Shown here: in pieces, positions 36,920 through 46,329 of the stretch
Position numbering within the stretch: the stretch's first letter is position 1
Layout of the letters: the number at the start of each line of letters is the position of its first letter
Assembly (NCBI RefSeq): GCF_902713615.1
Contig: NC_052158.1
Coordinates: forward strand, 111,736,540-111,800,539
Direction of reading: 5' to 3'
DNA length: 64,000 nucleotides
Source: Scyliorhinus canicula
Taxonomy: Eukaryota
Position numbers and translations under genes: made by a program
The notes under the pieces: model-generated
Databases searched by the model: none
The model's input: only the letters and a program-made list of their open reading frames with translations
What the model was told of the DNA's origin: nothing

Positions 36920-37723
36920 CTTGACTCCATCCTCACTCCTCTGGTTCATTCCCTCCCCACCTGCATCCGGGATTCCTCTGATGCACTGCGTCATATTGAC
37001 AGCTTCCAGTTCGCGGGCCCTAACCGCATTCTATTCACCATGGATGTGCAATCCCTCTACACCTCCATCCCACACCAGGATGGCCTGAGAGCTCTTCGCT
37101 TTTTTCTCAAAAAGAGACCCGGACAATTCCCATCCACCACCACTCTACTCTGCCAGGCTGAACTCGTTCTATTTCTCAACAACTTCTCCTTTAACTTACC
37201 TCACTTTCTCCAAATCAAAGGTGTAGCAATGGGTACCCGCATGGGTCCTAGCTACGTTTGCCTTTTTATGGGGTATGTGGAACATTCCTTGTTCCAGGCC
37301 TATCCCGGCCCCCAGCCACAATTCCTTTACCGATACATTGATGTCTATTTTGGTGCCGCGTCATGCTCTCGCCCCGACCTGGAAAAAGTCATCAACTTCG
37401 CTTCCAGTTTCCACCCCTCCATCACTTTCACCTGGTCCATCTCAGACACTTCCCTTCCCTTCCTTGATCTGTCTGTCTCCATTTCCGGCAAATAGACTAT
37501 CCACTAATATCCACTACAAGCCCACTGACTCCCACAGCTATCTGGACTACAGCTCTTCGCACCCTACACCCTGTAAGGACTCCATCCCTTTCTCTCAACT
37601 CCTTCGCCTCCATCGCATTTGTTCCAGCTTTGACAAAGAGTCATCGGACTCGAAACGTTAGCTATTTTCTCTCTCTACAGATGCTGCCAGATTTGCTGAG
37701 ATTTTCCAGCATTTTCCCTTTCG
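36920..37723 (+). mobile_element. Penelope-like element fragment: RT core fused directly to pLTR
   Basis: MDVQSLYTSIP..GVAMGTRMGPSY..YRYIDV..PFLDL / YKPTDSHSYLDYSSSHP; TSD TGTATGTACAT at 36909-36919 and 37724-37734. Confidence 0.92.
37626..37663 (+). ncRNA. Minimal type I hammerhead ribozyme motif (U3:A8 variant)
   Basis: AGCTTTGACAAAGAGTCATCGGACTCGAAACGTTAGCT, identical to the minus-strand copy at 5822-5859. Confidence 0.7.
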
Positions 37724-39433
37724 TGTATGTACATTTTGTTGCTCTCTGGATTGGTCTATGTTGTCCCCCCTTCCTCCTTCACCCTCCCACCCACCATTGG
37801 TTTCAACACCCTTCCTCTTCTCTTGTGGTTTCCCCATTCCTCCCCCCCCCCCCAGGTTGTGCAGTCTTTTGGTTCCTCATCTTTTTCTTCCCTGGCTTAC
37901 TCCTCATTGCTGGCCTTGAACAGGTTTTGGAACAGGCCGACGAACTGCCCCCAAGTATCCGGGAAGCCTTCCTCTGACCCTCGGATGGCATACTTAATTT
38001 TCTCCAGGTGGAGACGCTCCGAGAGGCCAGCGAGCCAGTCTGCAGCTTTGGGTGGTGCTGCCGATTGGCAGCCGAGCAGGATTCTCCGGCGTGCGATTAG
38101 GGAAGCGAAAGCAAGGGCGTTGGCCCCCTTCCTCATGTGTAGCTCTGGCTGCTCCGATACCCCGAAGATTGCCACTATTAGGCAGTGTGTCACCCGCACA
38201 ACCTTGGACATTGTCTCGGAGAAGTCTGTCTAGAACCCAGCAAGCCCAAAACATGTGGGTGTGGTTGGCTGGGCCCCTCTGGCACCGCTCACTTTTCTCC
38301 TCCACCTCTGGGAAGAAACCTGCTCATTCGGGTCCTGGTCAGGTGCACTCTTTGCACCACTTTGTGCTGCATTAGGCTTAGCCTTGCGCAGAGGAGGTGG
38401 AGTTCACCCTGCTCAGTGCTTCGCTCCAGAGTCCGCACTCTACCTCTGTCCCCAGTTTGTCCTCCCATTTTTGTCTGGTCCTGTCCAGTGGTGTTCGAGC
38501 TCTGTCCAGTAGCTCTTTGTATATTTTCCAACATAGTCCCTCCTTCTCACTGCTTGTGCCTATCAGCTCCTCTAGTAGTGCGTTATCTGGGGCCCCATAC
38601 TGTCTTCTTGTGGAAGAAGTGCTTTATTTGGATGTCTCAATTTCTGTCCTTTTGCTAGTTTCCATTTCCTCGTCAGTTCGTCCAGTGTCACCAGTCTGCA
38701 CCTTACGTAGAAGGCCCCGACCGTCAGTGTGCCCCATCCCGTGTCCATCATTTGAAGGTGGTATCTAGCATGGCTGGGGGCAATCTGTGATTGCCGCAGA
38801 TGGGGGACATGGGGGACATTTTGGTTATCCCGGAGTGCTGTCTCAACTGGGTCCACGTTCTCAGCGTGGCCGCTACCACTAGGCCTGTTGTGTACCTTGT
38901 TGAGGAGGATGGGAGTGCTGCTGTGGCCAGGCCCGGAGGGTTGTTCCTTTACAGGATGCCTCCTCCATTTGTACCCAACCTGTGTCGGGTTCCTGTACCC
39001 ATCCCCTCACTTTTTCTGCCATTGCTGCCCAGTGGTAGTATTGTAGGTTCGGTAGAGCCAGGCCCCTTCTGACTTTCCCTCTGCAGTGTCGATTTGGGAA
39101 TTCTCAGGTTCTTACACCCACCACCCCCTCCTCCCACACACACACAAACGCCATGATTAGACTGTCTATGTTTTGGAAAACGGCCTTGGGGATGAAGATC
39201 GGGATGGATCTAAACAGGAAGAGGAAACTTGGCAGTACGTTCATCTTGATCGTCTGCACTCTTCCCGCCAGGGAGAGTGGGAGTGAGCCCCACCGTTGAA
39301 GGTCTTTTCTTACTTCCTCCACCAGGCTGGTCAGGTTCCACTTAGAACATAGAACGATACAGCGCAGTACAGGCCCTTCGGCCCTCGATGTTGCACCGAC
39401 ATGGAAAAAAAAAAACACTAAAGGCCATCTAAC

Positions 39434-42337
39434 CTACACTATGCCCTTATCATCCATATGCTTATCCAATAAATTTTTAAATGCCCTCAATGTTGGCGAG
39501 TTCACTACTGTTGCAGGTAGGGCATTCCACGGCCTCACCACTCTTTGCGTAAAAAACCCACCTCTGACCTCTGTCCTATATCTATTACCCCTCAATTTAA
39601 GGCTATGTCCCCTCGTGCTAGCCACCTCCATCCGCGGGAGAAGGCTCTCGCTGTCCACCCTATCTAACCCTCTGATCATTTTGTATGCCTCTATTAAGTC
39701 ACCTCTTAACCTTCTTCTCTCTAACGAAAACAACCTCAAGTCCATCAGCCTTTCCTCATAAGATTTTCCCTCCATACCAGGCAACATCCTGGTAAATCTC
39801 CTCTGCACCCGTTCCAAAGCTTCCACGTCCTTCCTATAATGAGGCGACCAGAACTGTACGCAATACTCCAAATGCGGCCGTACCAGAGTTTGGTACAGCT
39901 GCATCATGACCTCATGGCTCCGGAACTCAATCCCTCTACCAATAAAGGCCAACACACCATAGGCCTTCTTCACAACCCTATCAACCTGGGTGGCAACTTT
40001 CAGGGATCTATGTACATGGACACCGAGATCCCTCTGCTCATCCACACTACCAAGAATTTTACCATTAGCCAAATATTCCGCATTCCTGTTATTCTTTCCA
40101 AAGTGAATCACCTCACACTTCTCCACATTAAACTCCATTTGCCACCTCTCAGCCCAGCTCTGCAGCTTATCTATGTCCCTCTGTAACCTGCAACATCCTT
40201 CCGCACTGTCTACAACTCCACCGACTTTAGTGTCGTCTGCAAATTTACTCACCCATCCTTCTGCGCCCTCCTCTAGGTCATTTATAAAAATGACAAACAG
40301 CAACGGCCCCAGAACAGATCCTTGTGGTACGCCACTCGTAACTGAACTCCATTCTGAACATTTCCCATCAACTACCACTCTCTGTCTTCTTTCAACTAGC
40401 CAATTTCTGATCCACATCTCTAAATCACCCTCAATCCCCAGCCTCCGTATTTTCTGCAATAGCCGACCGTGGGGAACCTTATCAAACGCTTTACTGAAAT
40501 CCATATACACCACATCAACTGCTCTACCCTCGTCTACCTGTTCAGTCACCTTCTCAAAGAACTCGATAAGGTTTGTGAGGCATGACCTACCCTTCACAAA
40601 ACCATGCTGACTATCCCTAATCATATTATTCCTATCTAGATGATTATAAATCGTATCTTTTATAATCCTCTCCAAGACCTTACCCACCACAGACGTTAGG
40701 CTCACCGGCCTATAGTTACCGGGGTTATCTCTACTCCCCTTCTTGAACAAAGGGACCACATTTGCTATCCTCCAGTCCTCTGGCACTATTCCTGTAGCCA
40801 ATGATGACCTAAAAATCAAAGCCAAGGGCTCAGCAATCTCTTCCCTGGCTTCCCAGAGAATCCTAGGATAAATCCCATCCGGCCCCGGGGACTTATCTAT
40901 TTTCACCTTGTCCAGAATTGCCAACACTTCTTCCCTACGCACCTCAATGCCATCTATTCTAATAGCCTGGGTCTCAGCATTCTCCTCCACAATATTATCT
41001 TTTTCTTGAGTGAATACTGACGAAAAGTATTCATTTAGTATCTCGCTTATCTCCTCAGCCTCCACACACAACTTCCCATCACTGTCCTTGACTGGCCCAA
41101 CTCTTACCCTAGTCATTCTTTTATTCCTGACATACCTATAGAAAGCTTTTGGGTTTTCCTTGATCCTACCTGCCAAAGACTTCTCATGTCCCCTCCTTGC
41201 TCGTCTCAGCTCTCTCTTTAGATCCTTCCTCGCTTCCTTGTAACTATCAAGCGCCCCAACTGAAACTTCACGCCTCATCTTCACATAGGCCTCCTTCTTC
41301 CTCTTAACAAGAGATTCCACTTCTTTGGTAAACCACGGTTCCCTCGCTCGACCCCTTCCTCCCTGCCTGACTGGTACGTACTTATCAAGAACATGCAATA
41401 GCTGTTCCTTGAACAAGCTCCACATATCCAGTGTGCCCAACCCTTGCAGCCTACTTCTCCAACCAACACATCCTAAGTCATGTCTAATGGCATCATAATT
41501 GCCCTTCCCCCAGCTATAACTCTTGCTCTGCGGGGTATACTTATCCCTTTCCATCACTAACGTAAAGGTCACCGAATTGTGGTCACTGTCTCCAAAGTGT
41601 TCACCTACCTCCAGATCTAACACCTGGCCTGGTTCATTACCCAAAACCAAATCCAAAGTGGCCTCACCTCTTGTTGGCCTGTCAACATATTGTGTCAGAA
41701 AACCCTCCTGCACACATTGTACAAAGAACGACCCATCCAATGTACTCGAACTATATCTTTTCCAGTCAATATTAGGAAAGTTAAAGTCTCCCATAACAAC
41801 TACCCTGTTACTTTCGCTCTTTTCCAGAATCATCTTCGCCATCCTTTCCTCTACATCTCTAGAACTATTAGGTGGCCTATAGAAAACTCCCAACAGGGTG
41901 ACCTCTCCTTTCCTGTTTCTAACCTCAGCCCATACTACCTCGGAAGAAGAGTCCCCATCTTGCATCCTTTCTACCACCGTAATACTGTCCTTGACTAGCA
42001 GCGCCACACCTCCCCCTCTTTTGCCCCCTTCTCTGACCTTACTAAAGCACCTAAACCCCGGAACCTGCAACAACCATTCCTGTCCCTGCTCTATCCATGT
42101 CTCTGAAATGGCCACAACATCGAAGTCCCAGGTACCAACCCATGCTGCCAGTTCCCCTACCTTATTTCGTATACTCCTGGCATTGAAATAGACACACTTC
42201 AAACCACAGACCTGAACACTGCCGCCCTCCTGCGAAGTCAAAACTGTGCTCCTGACCCCTCTACTCTCAATCTCTCGCACCCCAAAACTACAATCCAGGT
42301 TCCCATGCCCCTGCTGAATTAGTTTAAACCCCCCCAA
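39434..42337 (-). CDS. CR1 ORF2: APE endonuclease plus reverse transcriptase (967 open codons, no AUG until residue 125)
   Basis: NARS, ISETW, YRPP, GDFN, SDH; DFSKAFD, GVPQGS, FADD all intact. Confidence 0.95.
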   Translation of the reverse strand: MGGFKLIQQGHGNLDCSFGVREIESRGVRSTVLTSQEGGSVQVCGLKCVYFNARSIRNKVGELAAWVGTWDFDVVAISETWIEQGQEWLLQVPGFRCFSKVREGGKRGGGVALLVKDSITVVERMQDGDSSSEVVWAEVRNRKGEVTLLGVFYRPPNSSRDVEERMAKMILEKSESNRVVVMGDFNFPNIDWKRYSSSTLDGSFFVQCVQEGFLTQYVDRPTRGEATLDLVLGNEPGQVLDLEVGEHFGDSDHNSVTFTLVMERDKYTPQSKSYSWGKGNYDAIRHDLGCVGWRSRLQGLGTLDMWSLFKEQLLHVLDKYVPVRQGGRGRAREPWFTKEVESLVKRKKEAYVKMRREVSVGALDSYKEARKDLKRELRRARRGHEKSLAGRIKENPKAFYRYVRNKRMTRVRVGPVKDSDGKLCVEAEEISEILNEYFSSVFTQEKDNIVEENAETQAIRIDGIEVRREEVLAILDKVKIDKSPGPDGIYPRILWEAREEIAEPLALIFRSSLATGIVPEDWRIANVVPLFKKGSRDNPGNYRPVSLTSVVGKVLERIIKDTIYNHLDRNNMIRDSQHGFVKGRSCLTNLIEFFEKVTEQVDEGRAVDVVYMDFSKAFDKVPHGRLLQKIRRLGIEGDLEMWIRNWLVERRQRVVVDGKCSEWSSVTSGVPQGSVLGPLLFVIFINDLEEGAEGWVSKFADDTKVGGVVDSAEGCCRLQRDIDKLQSWAERWQMEFNVEKCEVIHFGKNNRNAEYLANGKILGSVDEQRDLGVHVHRSLKVATQVDRVVKKAYGVLAFIGRGIEFRSHEVMMQLYQTLVRPHLEYCVQFWSPHYRKDVEALERVQRRFTRMLPGMEGKSYEERLMDLRLFSLERRRLRGDLIEAYKMIRGLDRVDSESLLPRMEVASTRGHSLKLRGNRYRTEVRGGFFTQRVVRPWNALPATVVNSPTLRAFKNLLDKHMDDKGIV

Positions 42338-43245
42338 AGAGTACTAACAAATCTCCCCCCCAGGATATTGGTGCCCCTCAGGTTCAGATGTAGACCATCC
42401 TGTCTATAGAGGTCCCACCTTCCCCAGAAAGAGCCCCAGTTATCCAGAAATCTGAATCCCTCCCGCCTGCACCATCCCTGTAGCCACGTGTTTAATTGCT
42501 CTCTCTCCCTATTCCTCATCTCACTATCACGTGGCACGGGCAACAACCCAGAGATAACAACTCTGTTTGTTCTCGCTCTGAGCTTCCATCCTAGCTCCCT
42601 AAAGGCCTGCCTGACATCCTTGTCCCCTTTCCTACCTATGTCGTTAGTGCCAATGTGGACTACGACTTGGGGCTGCTCCCCCTCCCCCTTAAGGACCCGG
42701 AAAACACGATCCGAGACATCACGTACCCTTGCACCTGGGAGGCAACATACCAAACGTGAGTCTCTCTTGCTCCCACAAAATCTCCTATCTGTGCCCCTGA
42801 CTATTGAGTCCCCAATTACTAATGTTCTACTCCTTTCCCCCCTTCCCTTCTGAGCAACAGGGACAGACTCCGTGCCAGAGGCCCGTACCCCATGGCTTAC
42901 CCCTGGTAAGTCGTCCCCCCCACAAGTATCCAAAACGGTATACTTGTTACTCAGGGGAACGACCGCAGGGGGTCCCTGCACTGACTGCTTCTTCCCAGTC
43001 CCTCTTACAGTTACCCATCTATCTCCAGTCTTTGGTGTAACTACTTCCCTGAAGCTCCTATCTATGACCCCCTCTGCCTCCCGAATGATCCGAAGTTCAT
43101 CCACCTCAAGCTCCAGGTCCCTAACACGGTTTTTGAGGAGCTGGAGTTGGGTGCACTTCCCACAGATGAAATCAGCAGGGACACTGACGGCGTCCCTCAC
43201 CTCAAACATTCTGCAGGAGGAGCATTGTACTGCCTTCCCTGACAT
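42319..43245 (-). CDS. CR1 ORF1: zinc finger, coiled coil and SGNH/GDSL esterase (308 aa from ATG 43245)
   Basis: CSSC..CGKC, LKNRVRDLELEVDELR, IGDSIVR, HIGTND, DGLHLN; the track's 43356 start is a GTG. Confidence 0.92.
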   Translation of the reverse strand: MSGKAVQCSSCRMFEVRDAVSVPADFICGKCTQLQLLKNRVRDLELEVDELRIIREAEGVIDRSFREVVTPKTGDRWVTVRGTGKKQSVQGPPAVVPLSNKYTVLDTCGGDDLPGVSHGVRASGTESVPVAQKGRGERSRTLVIGDSIVRGTDRRFCGSKRDSRLVCCLPGARVRDVSDRVFRVLKGEGEQPQVVVHIGTNDIGRKGDKDVRQAFRELGWKLRARTNRVVISGLLPVPRDSEMRNREREQLNTWLQGWCRREGFRFLDNWGSFWGRWDLYRQDGLHLNLRGTNILGGRFVSTLWGGLN

Positions 43246-43495
43246 CCCCTCTAGATTAAAAAAAAAACAAGAAAAAGAAAAAGAAAGGAAGAGCTTACCT
43301 GATATTACCTCAAACCCTGATCCCGCTGAAAGGTAAGCAAATTTAAAGGCACTCACTCACCTTCACGACAGGCCCCTGCTCCCGCTTCCCAACCACCGTG
43401 GGGTGGGGGGGTTGGTTAGAGGAGGAGGTAGGGTGGGAAACACTCACAAAGTGTTTCGGGTTTAACTGTCACTTGCCAACAGCCCCTCCACAAAC

Positions 43496-44239
43496 CACCT
43501 TCAACTTAGGCTGACCGCACTGCACGTATGCAAATTTCCCCAGAACAGCTGATCAGTAGCTCTGCTCTGCTGCCCTCTGCTGGTTGCTTGCCTTTACTCA
43601 AACTCCTTGGGTCTTCTTCGCAGGTTCACCTTCAACTTAGGCTGACCGCACTGCACGTATGCAAATTTCCCCAGAACAGCTGATCAGTAGCTCTGCTCTG
43701 CTGCCCTCTGCTGGTTGCTTGCCTTTACTCAAACTCCTTGGGTCTTCTTCGCAGGTTCACCTTCAACTTAGGCTGACCGCACTGCACGTATGCAAATTTC
43801 CCCAGAACAGCTGATCAGTAGCTCTGCTCTGCTGCCCTCTGCTGGTTGCTTGCCTTTACTCAAACTCCTTGGGTCTTCTTCGCAGGTTCACCTTCAACTT
43901 AGGCTGACCGCACTGCACGTATGCAAATTTCCCCAGAACAGCTGATCAGTAGCTCTGCTCTGCTGCCCTCTGCTGGTTGCTTGCCTTTACTCAAACTCCT
44001 TGGGTCTTCTTCGCAGGTTCACCTTCAACTTAGGCTGACCGCACTGCACGTATGCAAATTTCCCCAGAACAGCTGATCAGTAGCTCTGCTCTGCTGCCCT
44101 CTGCTGGTTGCTTGCCTTTACTCAAACTCCTTGGGTCTTCTTCGCAGGTTCACCTTCAACTTAGGCTGACCGCACTGCACGTATGCAAATTTCCCCAGAA
44201 CAGCTGATCAGTAGCTCTGCTCTGCTGCCCTCTGCTGGT
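43496..44239 (-). repeat. 131-bp tandem monomer array (about 5.7 copies) forming the CR1 5' end; putative promoter
   Basis: Units start at 43496, 43627, 43758, 43889, 44020 and 44151; no differences seen by eye. Confidence 0.95.
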
Positions 44240-45957
44240 CTTTGTGGATTTGTGTCCCGTCTCTGGCTATCTGGATTCCCAGGTAACGGAATCTGTTCTG
44301 GGCCGTTTTAAACAGGAGCCCCTTCAGCTGTCCCTCCCCTTTTGGGTTCACTGGGAATGCCTCACTTTTGCCCAGGTTAAGTTTGTAGCCCGAGAAGTTT
44401 GTAGCCCAAGAGTTCCAAACTCTTGCAGTGTTTGCAATATTGCCTTCAGTCCCTCCTGTGGCTTTGAGACATAGAGGAGCAGGTCATCTGCATAGAGTGA
44501 GACTCTTTTTCTCCTCTCCGGATTCCCTTCCAGCTTTTGAGTCCCCCATAGCTATCACTAGGGTTTCGATCGCTCGCGCAAACAAGAGTGGGGACAGAGG
44601 GCAGCACTGTCTTGTTCCTCTCTGTAGCTGGAAGTATTCAGAGCTGGTGGTGTTAGTTCAGACACTCACTTTGGGTGTGTTGTACAGGAGCCTCACCCAG
44701 GCGGTGAATACCGCTCCTCGCCCAAACCGTTCCAGTACCTCGAGGACGTAGCTCCATTCAACTCTGTTAAAGGCCTTTTCTGCGTCCAGGGAGATGATCA
44801 CCTCTGGCGTTCTCTTCCCGGGGGGGGTTCATTATCACATTCAGCAGCTGCCTGATGTTCGCTGTGAGCTGCCTACCTTTGGCAAGCCCGTTTGGTCCTC
44901 TGCGACCACCTCTGGTACACAGCCCTCCAGATTTTTGGCCAGGACCTTTGGGAGTATCTTCGCATCCATGTTCAGCTGTGAAATGGGTCTGTATGATCCA
45001 CGTTCCGTCAGGTCTTTATCTTTTTTGGGTATTAGTGAGGTTGTGGCCTGCGCTAGCATTGGGGGCAGGGTGCCCCCTGCCAGTGAGTCCGTGAACATGT
45101 CGCTGAGGTGTGGGAACTAGACTGGTGCAAATTTGTCATAGATGTCCGCCGGGAACCCGTCGGGTCCCGGTGCCTTCCCCGCCTGCATGGAGCTCATGCT
45201 CTCCACGATTTCTCCAGGTCTATTGGTGCTTCCAGCTCCTCCCGTCTGTCTTCCCCCACCAGTAGTACCTGTTTGTCTAGGAACTGTTTCATTCCCGCAT
45301 CCCCGTAGGGGGGCTCGGAGATGTATAGTCTCCGGTAGAAGGTCTCAAACGCCCGATTGACCTCCTTTGGCTCTGTTACCAGTCTGCCTCTACTATCCTT
45401 AACCTGCGCTATTTCCATCGTGGCTGCCTGCTTTCTCAGCTGGTGAGCCAATAGGCGGCCAGCCTTGTCACCATGTTCGTAGAAGGGTCTCCGTGTCTGG
45501 CGGAGTTGCTTAACCTAGTGGATCGCAGGTAAAAGTCCATTTGCAGCTTTTTCCTTTCTGCCAGCAGCCCTACGGTCGGGGCCTCGGAGTACTTTCTATC
45601 GACTTCCAGAATGGAGTCCACTAGCTGTTGCCTGGCCACCCTCTCTTCCCTATCTCTCCTTGCCTTGTAGGCTATGATCTCTCATCTGATCACGGCCTTC
45701 AGTGCCTCCCAGAACGTGGAGGGCGAGACCTCCCAGTTTTGGTTGTTACTAACGTAATCGCCTATGGCCTGCGATATTTTTTGGTAGAAAGCCTTGTCGG
45801 CCAGGAGGTCCGTGTCCAGCCTCCATGTGGGGCACTGGGCCCGGCCTGTCTCCAACCCCATCTCCATATAATGTGGAGCGTGGTCGTAGATCGCAGAGTA
45901 GTCCGTTCCCGTGATCCCTGGAAGCATCGATTTTCCCACTGCAAAGAAGTCGATACG

Positions 45958-46200
45958 TGATGTGCTAACAATTGCACACAGAAACACGAAACGGTACAAA
46001 TAAGGCTTCATTACCGTGAGACGTTATTCCCTCAACTGCAGCTGTAGAATGGCAGCTCAGGAAAGCTTATGAATATTTATACTGCTCCCTGTGGGCGGGG
46101 CTAGCCGGTAGGGGCTTACCAGCAAACCTGTAATAGCAGGTACTATTGTACATCCCCTAATAGAGGCACACACATATATATACAATGGTGGATCACCACA
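45958..46200 (-). repeat. 3' LTR
   Basis: TGTGG...CATCA; about 13 differences from the 5' LTR counted by eye. Confidence 0.95.
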
Positions 46201-46329
46201 TTCACCCCCTGTTAAGAATGAGTCCGGCGGGGTTGACGTGAAACTATAATACATAAGCAGTGATTTATTTACAGGGGGGGGGGGGAGAAAAAAAATCAGG
46301 TGTCCATCTTGCAACCCGGTGCCCGTCAT

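Larger units (their letters stand above)
39344..44239 (-). mobile_element. Full-length, apparently intact CR1 LINE
   Basis: 5' monomer array, ORF1, ORF2, (TTCTATG)n tail; splits the L1 codons IHK/WNL with a short CTT duplication. Confidence 0.96.

Noticed and set aside
39441-43336. Plus-strand ORFs of 80-150 aa over the CR1 (and minus-strand ones at 6566-8173)
   Set aside because: Antisense shadows of LINE coding sequence
43496-44239. Regular array as CRISPR
   Set aside because: Units are identical 131-mers with no unique spacers, no cas genes, and a eukaryotic LINE context
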